Of a stretch of 52,767 nt of DNA, positions 32,482 to 42,184 are shown piece by piece. The DNA is taken from positions 1-52,767 of the forward strand of contig JBBQEY010000001.1 of assembly GCA_038321425.1 (NCBI GenBank), in the 5' to 3' direction. The position numbers and the translations under genes were made by a program. This stretch comes from Burkholderiales bacterium. Lineage in GTDB: Bacteria > Pseudomonadota > Gammaproteobacteria > Burkholderiales > Casimicrobiaceae. Position 1 is the stretch's first letter. Each line of letters starts with the position of its first letter. The notes beneath the pieces are model-generated. The model was not told the origin of the DNA. It saw only the letters and a list, made by a program, of their open reading frames with translations, and made no database searches.

Positions 32482-33723
32482 ATGGCCCTGATCGTCCAGA
32501 AATACGGCGGCACTTCGGTGGGTACCACTGACCGCATCAAGAACGTCGCGCGGCGCGTGGCGCACTATCACGGCCAGGGGCACCAGGTGGTTGTCGTCGT
32601 GTCCGCAATGTCGGGCGAGACGAATCGCCTGCTGGGCCTCGCCAAGGAAATTTCCGCGACGCCCGATCCGCGCGAACTGGACGTGATCGCCGCCACCGGC
32701 GAGCAGGTGACGATCGGTCTCCTCGCCATCGCGTTGCAGCAGCTCGGCATCAAGGCGCGCAGCTACACCGGCGGCCAGGTGCGCGTGCTGACCGACAGCG
32801 CGTTCACCAAGGCGCGCATCCTCTCCATCGACGAAGGCAACATGCGACGCGACTTGGACGATGGCTCCATCGTCATCGTCGCGGGTTTCCAGGGGGTCGA
32901 TGCCGACGGCAACATCACCACACTCGGTCGCGGCGGCTCGGACACGTCCGGCGTGGCGCTGGCCGCGGCACTGAAGGCCGACGAGTGCCAGATCTACACC
33001 GACGTCGATGGCGTCTACACCACCGACCCGCGCATCGTGCCGGAGGCCCGGCGCCTCGACACCGTCACCTTCGAGGAAATGCTCGAGATGGCGAGCCTGG
33101 GCTCCAAGGTGTTGCAGATTCGCTCGGTTGAATTCGCCGGCAAGTACAAAGTGAAGTTGCGCGTGCTGTCATCGTTCGATGACCCCGAGGTGACGGGGAA
33201 AGGCACGCTGATCACATTCGAGGAAGACGACACCATGGAACAGGCCATCATTTCCGGCATCGCGTTCAATCGCGACGAAGCCAAGATCTCGGTGATGGGC
33301 GTGCCCGACAAGCCCGGCATTGCGTACAGCATCCTGGGGCCGGTCGCAGCCGCCAATCTCGACGTCGACATGATCGTGCAGAACATCGGCGCCTCCGGCT
33401 ATACCGATTTCTCGTTTACCGTGAACCGCAGCGAGTACGCCAAGACGCTGGAGGTGCTGGAGAAGGCGCGCGGCCAACATTTCACCGCGCGCGAGATCAT
33501 CGGCGACAACAAGATCTGCAAGGTGTCGGTGGTGGGCATCGGCATGCGCTCGCACGTGGGCATTGCGTCGATCATGTTCAAGGCGCTGGCCGACGAGGGC
33601 ATCAACATCCAGATGATCTCCACGTCCGAGATCAAGATCTCCGTGGTGATCGACGAGAAGTACCTGGAGCTGGCCGTGCGCGTGCTGCACAAGGCCTTCG
33701 AGCTCGACCAGGCACCGGCCTGA
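32482..33723 (+). CDS. lysC: Aspartate kinase
   Basis: MALIVQKYGGTSVG, TTLGRGGSDT, two ACT domains. Confidence 0.97.
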   Translation: MALIVQKYGGTSVGTTDRIKNVARRVAHYHGQGHQVVVVVSAMSGETNRLLGLAKEISATPDPRELDVIAATGEQVTIGLLAIALQQLGIKARSYTGGQVRVLTDSAFTKARILSIDEGNMRRDLDDGSIVIVAGFQGVDADGNITTLGRGGSDTSGVALAAALKADECQIYTDVDGVYTTDPRIVPEARRLDTVTFEEMLEMASLGSKVLQIRSVEFAGKYKVKLRVLSSFDDPEVTGKGTLITFEEDDTMEQAIISGIAFNRDEAKISVMGVPDKPGIAYSILGPVAAANLDVDMIVQNIGASGYTDFSFTVNRSEYAKTLEVLEKARGQHFTAREIIGDNKICKVSVVGIGMRSHVGIASIMFKALADEGINIQMISTSEIKISVVIDEKYLELAVRVLHKAFELDQAPA

Positions 33724-33819
33724 CCAGCCTCAGGCGCCCGTAAGATACGGATTATGTGAAGAAATTTAAACATTGGATGGACGCGCGAACGCGCCAACCG
33801 GTACAATCACGGCTTGAAC

Positions 33820-33913
33820 GGAGACGTGGCCGAGTGGTCGAAGGCACTCCCCTGCTAAGGGAGCATACGGGCCAAAACCTGTATCCAGGGTTCGAATCCC
33901 TGCGTCTCCGCCA
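33820..33913 (+). tRNA. tRNA-Ser (GCT)
   Basis: GGAGACG/CGTCTCC acceptor stem, GCCA end, anticodon loop CTGCTAA, long variable arm, GGTTCGAATCC; TACAAT at 33802-33807. Confidence 0.97.
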
Positions 33914-33924
33914 ATAGCTGGGTG

Positions 33925-33975
33925 TGTCTAACCCTGAGACATGAGTTACATGCCGTTCCCAAGACATGGGTGACA
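33925..33975 (-). mobile_element. Orphan IS481-family-like terminal sequence
   Basis: Minus strand reads TGTCACCCATGTCTTGGGAACGGCATGTAACTCATGTCTCAGGGTTAGACA: two sub-terminal repeats 25 nt apart and an ACA end, resembling IS481 right ends from memory. No transposase follows. Confidence 0.65.
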
Positions 33976-34277
33976 GCGGTGTGCGGAACGGCCGGCGAGC
34001 CCGCTTAAGTCCTGCGCTCCAAGGGCGCCATTTTATTCAGAATCGCCGCGTACTGGGGGGACGCGACGACCCGAGCACACCGTCGTGGCGCAGGTCGACA
34101 TCCTCGCTGCCAAACTGCCGCTGCTGGAATGGCTGACGCGCGCCGCGACAGCCCGTTCGATGGTCATGCTTTCCAGCGGGCGTATCCCGGGGTGCCGTTC
34201 ACCTCATTGAAGGAGGCGCTGGAACTGGCCGTAGAATCATAGATCGTGCGTCTGCTCCGGTTGCCTTCACTGTCGCC

Positions 34278-35759
34278 TTGAACACGCCACCTCCACCAGC
34301 GCTTGCGCTGGAACGCTTCGACCGCGCGTTCGCCCGCGCGTCCGGTGCAGCGCCCACCACCGACAACGCGGTGAAACTGTTGCTCGACTGCAAGGGCAAC
34401 TTTCCCGCGTGGCTCGGCGCCATTCGCGCCGCGAAGCACTACATCCTGTTCGAGAGCTACATCGTGTCCGACGATCATGTCGGACGCGAGTTTGCGGAAG
34501 CGCTGGCGGAACGCGCCCGGGCGGGCGTGCGCGTGTGCGTGGTCTACGACTGGCTGGGCTCGCTGCGCTCAGGCAGTCTATGGACACTGCTGCGCGAAGC
34601 CGGGGTGGCGGTCATCGGGTTCAATCCGCCCAGCTTCGACAGCCCACTGGCATGGCTCACACGCGACCATCGCAAGTCGATCGTCGTCGACGGGCAGGTG
34701 GGCTTCGTCAGCGGGTTATGCGTGAGCGCAGCGTGGGAAGGCAACGCGGCCAAGCGCCTTGAACCCTGGCGCGACACCGGCGTGGAACTTCGCGGTGGCG
34801 CGGTGGCGGATCTCGAGCGCGCGTTCGAGGTGGTGTGGCTCGCCAGTGGTGGCGAAAAAACGGGCCTGCCTTCGCTCGTGCCGACCAGGCCCGCAGGTTC
34901 GGCCACCGTGCGGGTGATCGCGGGTGTGCCGAACGCGGGCGGCGCGTACCGCACTGACTTACTTGTGGCTTCCATCGCCCATCAACGACTGTGGCTGACC
35001 GATGCCTACTTCATCGCGACGTCCGCCTACACGCAGGCACTAGGTGCTGCAGCGCGCGATGGCGTGGACGTGCGGCTGATGGTGCCCGGCGCGAGTGACA
35101 TCCCGGCGTTGTCGCCGCTGTCGCGCGCGGGCTATCGTCCGCTGCTGGATGCCGGGGTGCGCGTATTCGAATGGAACGGCACGATGCTGCACGCGAAGAC
35201 CGCCGTGGCCGATGGCCGCTGGTCGCGCGTAGGTTCGACGAATCTCAACCTTGCGAGCTGGATGTCGAATTACGAGCTGGATGTCGCGATCGAGGACGTG
35301 GACTTCGCGAAGGAAATGGAGGCGCAGTACGAGGTGGATCTCGAGCGCGCTACGGAGATCGTGCTCACGCGCCGCAATCGCGTCCGCCGCGCCGAACCCG
35401 AGATCGTCGGCGCGGCCGTGCCGCAGCACGTGCGTCGCGCGGTGGCGGGCAGCGCAGGGCGCGCCGCTGCCGGAGCGGCGAGCGTGGGTAGCGCGTTGGG
35501 CGCAGCGCTGACCAACCGGCGCACGCTGGGGCCGGCGGAGGCGGGCCTGCTGGCAACCATGGCGGTGGTGACATTGGGCGTCGCGGCCATCGCGTTCTTC
35601 GTGCCGAGGGTGCTGGCGTGGCCCATTGCGATCCTGGCGGCGTGGCTGGGCGTGGCGTGGGGCGCCAAAGCCGTGATGCTGTGGCGTCGGGCACGGCGGG
35701 GCGGGACGAGGACCCGTCTGGACGCGGCCGACACCCCCGCTGGCGGACCCCCTGCCTGA
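34278..35759 (+). CDS. cls: Cardiolipin synthase (PLD family, ClsB-like, C-terminal TM hairpin)
   Basis: Two HKD motifs, RDHRKSIVVDG and MLHAKTAVADG..GSTNLN; TTG start uncertain. Confidence 0.9.
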   Translation: MNTPPPPALALERFDRAFARASGAAPTTDNAVKLLLDCKGNFPAWLGAIRAAKHYILFESYIVSDDHVGREFAEALAERARAGVRVCVVYDWLGSLRSGSLWTLLREAGVAVIGFNPPSFDSPLAWLTRDHRKSIVVDGQVGFVSGLCVSAAWEGNAAKRLEPWRDTGVELRGGAVADLERAFEVVWLASGGEKTGLPSLVPTRPAGSATVRVIAGVPNAGGAYRTDLLVASIAHQRLWLTDAYFIATSAYTQALGAAARDGVDVRLMVPGASDIPALSPLSRAGYRPLLDAGVRVFEWNGTMLHAKTAVADGRWSRVGSTNLNLASWMSNYELDVAIEDVDFAKEMEAQYEVDLERATEIVLTRRNRVRRAEPEIVGAAVPQHVRRAVAGSAGRAAAGAASVGSALGAALTNRRTLGPAEAGLLATMAVVTLGVAAIAFFVPRVLAWPIAILAAWLGVAWGAKAVMLWRRARRGGTRTRLDAADTPAGGPPA

Positions 35760-35781
35760 ACAGGTATAATTGTGGGTTGAT

Positions 35782-35858
35782 GCGCCCGTAGCTCAGTTGG
35801 ATAGAGTACCTGGCTACGAACCAGGGGGTCGTGGGTTCGAATCCTGCCGGGCGCGCCA
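35782..35858 (+). tRNA. tRNA-Arg (ACG)
   Basis: GCGCCCG/CGGGCGC stem, GCCA end, anticodon loop CTACGAA; TATAAT at 35765-35770. Confidence 0.97.
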
Positions 35859-35874
35859 ATACACTGCAGTAAAA

Positions 35875-36030
35875 TCAAGCGCCTATCGCAAATGCGGTCG
35901 GCGCTTTTTTCTTGAGCACCACGAGTGCGGGACTTTTGCGGGACCCCACTTCACACACGCGGTTTGCTGCCGCCACCAAGTACTCCATCTCTGCGGCCGA
36001 ATAGTGGGTGGTAACGCGGCCGGAGCGATG
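35875..36030 (-). pseudogene. C-terminal remnant of a tyrosine integrase
   Basis: Manual translation HRSGRVTTHYSAAEMEYLVAAANRVCEVGSRKSPALVVLKKKAPTAFAIGA* fits the (LLG)H...TxxY box II of phage integrases; convergent on the tRNA 3' end. Confidence 0.8.
35877..35913 (+). terminator. Rho-independent terminator after tRNA-Arg
   Basis: AAGCGCC-TATCGCA-AA-TGCGGTC-GGCGCTT stem followed by TTTTCTT. Confidence 0.65.
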
Positions 36031-36901
36031 GTGGGATCTGACGTCTGGCCACTTGCGCTATCCCTGGCTGGAAGACCCGCTGCACCAGCGGCAGTTCCTC
36101 GGCGATCCTGCTCCGTTGCGGCATGACTACATGCCGGGGGATTGCCGACGCGATGCGGCGGGATACGACATCGTGCATACCGTGCATGTCGAGGCTGAAT
36201 GCCGGCGCGACCAGCAGGTGTTGGAGACCCGATGGCTGGCGGATTTGTTCGCAAAGCACGGCATGCCAGGCACTTTTGTGGCCCATGCTTGGCTTCATAC
36301 CGAGAATTCTGCCGATATCCTGCGGCAACAGGCCGCATATTCGCTGGTCCGGGGCATTCGCTCCAAACCCGTTACGCGCCCCGCCCCTGACGGCGCGCTT
36401 CCACGCGTCATTGGCTCGATGCAAGACCCTCGCTGGCATGAGGGCTTTCGCCTGCTGGCACCGTTAGGATTGTCGTGGGACTTGCGGGTGCCCGCATGGC
36501 ATCTCGCTGAGGCTGCAGACGTGGTCCGGTCTTCGCCGGATATTCCGGTGGTTCTCAATCACACCGGCTTCCCCTGGGATCGTTCGCCGGGTGGTCTCGC
36601 GATCTGGCGGGACGGCATGCGCGCGCTTGCCGCCTCCCCGAATTGTTACTGCAAGCTCTCCTACCTTTGTCTGCGCGCCGGACGTTGGGACTATGACGAC
36701 AATCGGGCAATCGTGCGGGACGCTATTGCGCTGTTCGGCGTCGAGCGTTGCATGTTCGCGTCCAACTTTCCCGCCGACGGCCTCCGCGTAAGCTTTCAAA
36801 CGCTGTTCGATGACTTTAAGCGGACGACACAGGGATTCGCGGCGTCGGATCGACGTCGACTATTCCACGACAATGCACGTGATTTCTATCGGATCGCATA
36901 G
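36029..36901 (+). pseudogene. Amidohydrolase_2 (L-fuconolactonase/LigI-like) protein, 5'-truncated
   Basis: WDL..YPWL, TVHVEA, LVRGIR, VVLNHTG, RCMFASNFP, LFHDNARDFY. The D-x-H-x-H segment expected before WDL is replaced by integrase sequence. Confidence 0.75.
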
Positions 36902-36949
36902 TCGACGACCTTCGGTCAACGTACGGCAAATCAAACGAACGAGCACGGT

Positions 36950-37820
36950 GAGGTCGCCAGCGTTCGCGACTGCTTGCAGTACGAATAGGCGGTCAACCCA
37001 ACCGACGTAAAGGTCGCGCTGATCGAACGGCTGGGGGAGACGGGCGTGCGGACGATCGAGGCATGTGAGTTCGTGTCGCCCAAGTGGGTGCCGCAGATGG
37101 CCAACTCGCGCGCGGTGATTGCAGGCATCGTCCGTAGGCCCGGCATGTCGTATCTCGTGCTGGTGCCCAATCTCAAGAACTTCGAAGTTGCCTTGGCCGC
37201 GGGCGTAGACGAGATCGCCGTATTCGGCACGGCCTCGGAGTCGTTTTCCCGGACGAACATGAACGCGGTGATCGCGGAGAGCCTCGAGCGGTTCGTCCCC
37301 GTGGTCGAGGCCACGCGCGCGGCGCGCGCGCGTACGCGGTTACATGCCGGCGGTCATCCCATGTCCATACGACGGGCCGGTAGTGCCGAGCGCCGCGGCG
37401 GCGGTGGCGAAGTTGCACTTCAACATGGGCTGTTACGAAGTCTCGCTCGGTGGAATCGGTGCGGCTACCCCCCGCCACCACGCTCGCGATGCTGGAAGCC
37501 GTGTCGGCGTTAGTGCCGGCAGCGTCCCCCGCGGGCCACTACCACGATACCTACGGCCAGGCGCGGTCATCAATTATCTGTCGCTCGAATTCGGCGTGAG
37601 CGTGTTCGCCAGCTCGGTGTCCGATCTTGGCCTCAGTCCCTACGATAAGGGCGCCACCGGCAATGTGGCCACCGAGGACGTCTCTACATGCTGCACGGTC
37701 CGGGCATCGCCACCGGAATCGATCTCGATCGGCTTCTCGATGCCGGCGCCTTCAACTGCGCCGCCTTGGAGCGGCCGTCTGGGTCGCGGGTGGCGCGGGC
37801 GATGCTGGCAATGTGCGCGG
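36950..37820 (+). pseudogene. hmgL: Hydroxymethylglutaryl-CoA lyase pseudogene
   Basis: RDCLQYE* (cf. RDGLQNE; TAG at 36986), FVSPKWVPQMA, CPYDG, CYEVSLG, HYHDTYGQ, GATGNVATED and TGIDL, spread over all three frames. Confidence 0.88.
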
Positions 37821-38729
37821 CTAAGCGTTCGTGGTTCCAACCGCGGCCGCCTTGCTCGTGGAATCCGCCACGGCCACGAGGTTCCCGAGCTGGGCGAGCG
37901 TGTTGCTGCGCCGCCACGCGAGGCAAGTCTCCGCGCAGGCGTGGAGTCCGTCGAGCGGAACGAAGCGGAGCCCCGCGATCGCCAGTGCCCGCGCGTCCTC
38001 GGGAACGATGGCAATGCCTACTCCGCCTGCCGCCAGGCCGCATAGCGTGTGCAACTGCGTGGCTTCCTGCACTATCGAGGGCGCGGCACCCGCGGCGTGC
38101 AGGGCGGCGTCGATCCGCTCGCGAAATCCGGCGGGGTGTCCTCGCGGATAGGCCACCAAGGCCCTGCCATCGAGATCGCGCAATGCAATGGACGCCTGCG
38201 TAGCGCGCGGATCGTCCGCCGGCACGGCTGCCACGAACGGCTCGCGCGACAAGAGCAGCGACGCAAACTGCGCTTCGTCGATCTCCGGGCGTAGGATCCC
38301 CGCATCGATGTGCCCCTCGGCCAGGGCTTCAAGCTGTTCCGAGATGGCCATCTCGCGCACGATCACGGTCACGTCGGGATGGCGCGCGCGATAGCGACGC
38401 AGCAGCGTGGGCAGTACGCGATATGCCGCTCCGTTGATGAAACCCAATGTGAGACGGCCGGCATCGCCACGATGGGCGGCCGCCGCGGTGGCGACCGCGC
38501 CGTCGGCTGCCCGCAGCAGCGCACGGGCATGCGGTAGGAGCGCTTCGCCAGCACGCGTGGGTACCACGCCGGTGGGTGTCCGCTCGAACAGCGGATACCC
38601 GAGCTCGCGCTCGAGGCGCCGGATCTGCTGGGACAGCGGTGGTTGCGCGATCGCGAGCCGATGGGCGGCACGGCTCACGCTGCGCTCCTCTGCCACCGCT
38701 ACGAAATAGCGCAAGTGCCGCAGTTCCAC
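37821..38729 (-). CDS. LysR-family transcriptional regulator
   Basis: (M)ELRHLRYFVAVAEERSVSRAAHRLAIAQPPLSQQIRRLE; divergent from the Bug gene. Confidence 0.95.
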   Translation of the reverse strand: MELRHLRYFVAVAEERSVSRAAHRLAIAQPPLSQQIRRLERELGYPLFERTPTGVVPTRAGEALLPHARALLRAADGAVATAAAAHRGDAGRLTLGFINGAAYRVLPTLLRRYRARHPDVTVIVREMAISEQLEALAEGHIDAGILRPEIDEAQFASLLLSREPFVAAVPADDPRATQASIALRDLDGRALVAYPRGHPAGFRERIDAALHAAGAAPSIVQEATQLHTLCGLAAGGVGIAIVPEDARALAIAGLRFVPLDGLHACAETCLAWRRSNTLAQLGNLVAVADSTSKAAAVGTTNA

Positions 38730-38849
38730 GCGTTTGCCTATATCACCGCGGTATGCACGCCATACGCGCGGGGTCTTTGACCTGGCGTGCCCGCGCGGCC
38801 TAGACTGGCTGCAACGAGCTGCGGATTCCGCCGTGGCCAAGGAGGGGTC

Positions 38850-39812
38850 ATGCGTAGAAGGCTCGCGTGGTGGGCAGGGCTTGTGTGGTTTGCTGCGTCA
38901 TCGGCCATAGCCGCTTTTCCGGATCGTCCTGTGCGCCTGGTGGTGCCCTTCGGGCCGGGCGGCGGCACCGACCTTCTCGCCCGTGTGGTGGCCGAGCAGA
39001 TGAGCCGTGCACTGGGCCAGCCGGTCGTGGTGGAGAACAAGCCTGGCGCCGGCGGCACCATCGGCACCGATTTCGTCGCCAAGTCGAAGGCCGACGGCTA
39101 TACGCTCCTCATGGGCACCAACGCAACGGTGGCGCTGGCCCCGGGATTGTACAAGCAGCTCCCCTACGATTCGGTGAAGGATCTCACGCCCGTGGCCTCC
39201 ATCGCCACAGGTCCGAGCATTCTCGTCGTGAATGCGACCGTGCCCGCAAGTGACGTACAGGCCCTGGTTGCCTATCTCAAGAGCAAGCCCGGCGAGCTCA
39301 ACTACGGCTCTGCCGGCAATGGTTCGATGGCGCATATCGCCACGTCACTCATGAATCAGCTGGCCGGCACCCGGTCCACGCACATCCCCTTCAAGGGTGG
39401 TGCTGCCGCCACGCAGGAACTCGTGGCCGGACGCTTGCAGTTCATGATCGCAGGGCCGGTGGAGACGGTGCCGCTCGTCGAGTCCGGCAAGGTGCGAGCG
39501 CTGGCGGTCACCACGAGCTCGCGCTTCGCTGGCCTGCCCGCGCTGCCCACGATGGCCGAAGCGGGTATCCCCGGCTACGAGATCACCAACTGGTTCGGTG
39601 TCTTTGCCCCGGCGGGGACGCCGCAGGACGTCGTGGACCGGCTGGCGGCGAGCATCGCACCCTTCCTCGCCGATCCGGCTGCCGCGGCTGCCTTCCAGAA
39701 GCAGGGGGTGCAACCGGCGCCGATGAGCCCTGCCGAGTACCGCGCATTCGTGCAGCGCGACGTCGCTAAATGGACCCGCGAAGTGCGTGCGCTCAACATC
39801 ACGCTCGAGTGA
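38850..39812 (+). CDS. Bug/TctC tripartite tricarboxylate transporter substrate-binding protein
   Basis: [44 protein letters not shown]; AGGAGG RBS. Confidence 0.95.
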   Translation: MRRRLAWWAGLVWFAASSAIAAFPDRPVRLVVPFGPGGGTDLLARVVAEQMSRALGQPVVVENKPGAGGTIGTDFVAKSKADGYTLLMGTNATVALAPGLYKQLPYDSVKDLTPVASIATGPSILVVNATVPASDVQALVAYLKSKPGELNYGSAGNGSMAHIATSLMNQLAGTRSTHIPFKGGAAATQELVAGRLQFMIAGPVETVPLVESGKVRALAVTTSSRFAGLPALPTMAEAGIPGYEITNWFGVFAPAGTPQDVVDRLAASIAPFLADPAAAAAFQKQGVQPAPMSPAEYRAFVQRDVAKWTREVRALNITLE

Positions 39813-39817
39813 GCGGG

Positions 39818-40927
39818 ATGCGCATCGAACGTATCGTCGCTCGGGTGGATACCAAGCGCTTCGAGCGGCCGCCACGCAATCCACGCTCGACATGGACGGA
39901 AAAGCACACGTTCCTCGTGTTCGTGGTCACCGATGATGGCCGGGTTGGCATGGGCGAGGCCTGGTGCGAGGCCTTGGCTCCGCGTACGCTCGCCACGTTC
40001 CTCGATGCCGATCTCGCCCCGATTTTCCGTGGTGCGGACGTCGAAGACGCACAGCGCCTGTGGCAGGTTGCGTTCGAGCGCACGCGCGTGTCCGCCAAGC
40101 CGGGCCTCGCACTGAGCGTGCTGGGTGCGCTCGAAACCGCGCTGTGGGACCTCATCGCGCAGATGCATGGTCGCCCACTGCATCGCCTGCTGGGCTCGCA
40201 TGCCGATCGGATCCTCGTATATGCGAGCGGCGGCCTCTATCGCGACGGCGCCACGCCCGACGACCTCGGGCGCGAGATGGCGGGCTACGTGGCACAGGGC
40301 TTTCGCGGGGTGAAGATGAAAGTGGCCGGCGCGCCGTTGCGCGAGGACGTGGCGCGCGTGGCTGCGGTGCGCGAGGCAGTCGGCCCGGACGTGCGCCTCA
40401 TGGCCGATGCTGTGTACATGCTGGACGAGACCGCGGCGATGCGCATGGCGCGTGCCTTCGCACCCTATGACCTGTGGTTCCTGGAGGCGCCACTCGCGCC
40501 GGGCAACCTCCCTGGCCTGCGCAGGCTCACGGCACGCAGTCCCATCCCCATTGCCGGCAACGAGGTGGCATTCGGCCTCGACGCCTATCGGGATCTCATC
40601 GTGGAAGGGGGAGTGGACGTCGTGCACCTCGACGTCAACCAGTGCGGTGGCGTTGCCGAGTCGCGCCGGATTGCGGCCGTGGCAGCGGCCTTTCATCGGC
40701 CCGTCTCGTTCCATTGCGCAACGTCGGCCGTGTGCTTCGCGGCGAACCTTCACGTGGCCGCCTCGATTGCCAACACGGAATCGGTGGAATGGCACATGGT
40801 GCACCGGATGCTTTTCGATCGTCTGCCCCTGGATACGTTTCGACTCGAAAGCGGCGAGGCGATCCTGCCCACGACCCCGGGGCTCGGGTTCACGTTGTCG
40901 CCCGACGATCTCGAGGCCGTGACTTGA
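39818..40927 (+). CDS. Mandelate racemase/muconate lactonizing enzyme family protein
   Basis: GMGEA, ETALWDL, YASGG, KMK, D/E/E metal ligands (MAD, LEAP, GNE), PGLG. Confidence 0.92.
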   Translation: MRIERIVARVDTKRFERPPRNPRSTWTEKHTFLVFVVTDDGRVGMGEAWCEALAPRTLATFLDADLAPIFRGADVEDAQRLWQVAFERTRVSAKPGLALSVLGALETALWDLIAQMHGRPLHRLLGSHADRILVYASGGLYRDGATPDDLGREMAGYVAQGFRGVKMKVAGAPLREDVARVAAVREAVGPDVRLMADAVYMLDETAAMRMARAFAPYDLWFLEAPLAPGNLPGLRRLTARSPIPIAGNEVAFGLDAYRDLIVEGGVDVVHLDVNQCGGVAESRRIAAVAAAFHRPVSFHCATSAVCFAANLHVAASIANTESVEWHMVHRMLFDRLPLDTFRLESGEAILPTTPGLGFTLSPDDLEAVT

Positions 40928-40949
40928 GTCTCGTGGCATTCGGCGTCTC

Positions 40950-41721
40950 CTAACCGCGGTCCCGGCGCGCTCGTCATCGGCGGCAATCGCGGCATCGGCC
41001 GCAGCTGCGTCGCAGCGCTCGGCCGGCGCGGGTTTGACGTGGCTTTCGTCGATGTTGCCGAGAGCGACGATACCGCAGCCGCGCTCGCCGAAGCGCGCGT
41101 CCACGGCACGCGCATTGCGTTCGTCCGCGGCGATATCGCGGACCTCGCCCAGCACGGTGCAATCGTCGACACCGCCAAGACGACGCTTGACGGGATCGAT
41201 GCGCTCGTCAACAACGCCGGCATCGCGCAGGCAGTGTGCGGCGATCTCCTCGACCTGCCTCCGGACGAGTTCGATCGCGTACTCGCCGTGAACCTGCGCG
41301 GCACTTTCTTCCTCACGCAAGCCTGCGCGAAGCGCATGGTGGCGGCATCGTCTTCGAACCGTTCGCGCGCCATCGTCTCGATCACCTCGGTGAGCGCCGT
41401 GGCTGCATCGATCGAGTGCGGAGGGCACTGCACGTCGAAGGCGGCGCTCTCGATGGTGGTCAGGCTCTTCGCGTTGCGCCTCGCGCCGCATGGGATCGGA
41501 TGCTACGAGGTGCGGCCAGGCGTCATCCGCACGGACATGACGGCGGCGGTCAGCGCCCGGTTACGACGCGTTCATCGCCGGCGGCGGCATCCCACAGGCG
41601 CGCTGGGGCGACCCTGACGACGTGGGCCACATTGTTGCGTCGCTTGTGCGCCGGCGACTTGCCTTACGTCACCGGCGAAGCCATTCACGTGGACGGCGGC
41701 TTGCTGCTCCCGCGGCTATAG
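40950..41721 (+). pseudogene. Short-chain dehydrogenase, degraded
   Basis: GGNRGIG and NNAG present, but no in-frame start before the Rossmann motif; YxxxK reads HCTSK; frameshifts near 41560 and 41645 before GDLPYVTGEAIHVDGG. Confidence 0.82.
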
Positions 41722-42124
41722 TGCTGGAATGGGCTAAACGACCCAATCTGCTGCTGTCGTCGGACAGGAAGTTCCAACGTTGCGTGTTGGAAAATTACGT
41801 CGCATCTTGGAGCATTCGAGGCCTGACAGTAGGAGTCCGTCCGGGATTTCGTGCCGACGGATGGTGCAAGGACCGCGCGAATCGCTTGCCAGCGCGACGC
41901 AATCACTGCTGTGGGCCACTGGGGTGGCCACAGTTGGCCGATCGGGTGGCCCGTGGCAGGTACGGGCCCAGATCAGCAGCGGCCCGTCTTACGCGGCACT
42001 ACCAAGCAATGCGCTGATCGATAGTGATTCGGTGCCGGCTGGGCCATTCAGACTGATCGCGCAGAATGCGGCGCACACCGAGCGTTGACGCGCCGGCGTT
42101 CGTGTACGAGGTCGGCACGACAAA

Positions 42125-42161
42125 GCGGCCGCCGGCGCCCCGAATGGCGCCGCGCGGCCGC
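42125..42161 (-). terminator. GC-rich hairpin downstream of the secreted repeat protein
   Basis: GCGGCCGC-CGGCGCC...GGCGCCG-C-GCGGCCGC, followed on the minus strand by TTTG. Confidence 0.45.
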
Positions 42162-42184
42162 GCACCCAAAGTGGGTGCCTTTGC

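Noticed and set aside
33752-33967. Small minus-strand ORF (also 35270-35878, 35365-35859, 35770-36126)
   Set aside because: These are translations across the tRNA genes and the IS-end remnant.
34040-34242. Possible gene remnant ending DSPFDGHAFQRAYPGVPFTSLKEALELAVES*
   Set aside because: Looks protein-like, but I cannot assign a family or a start without a search.
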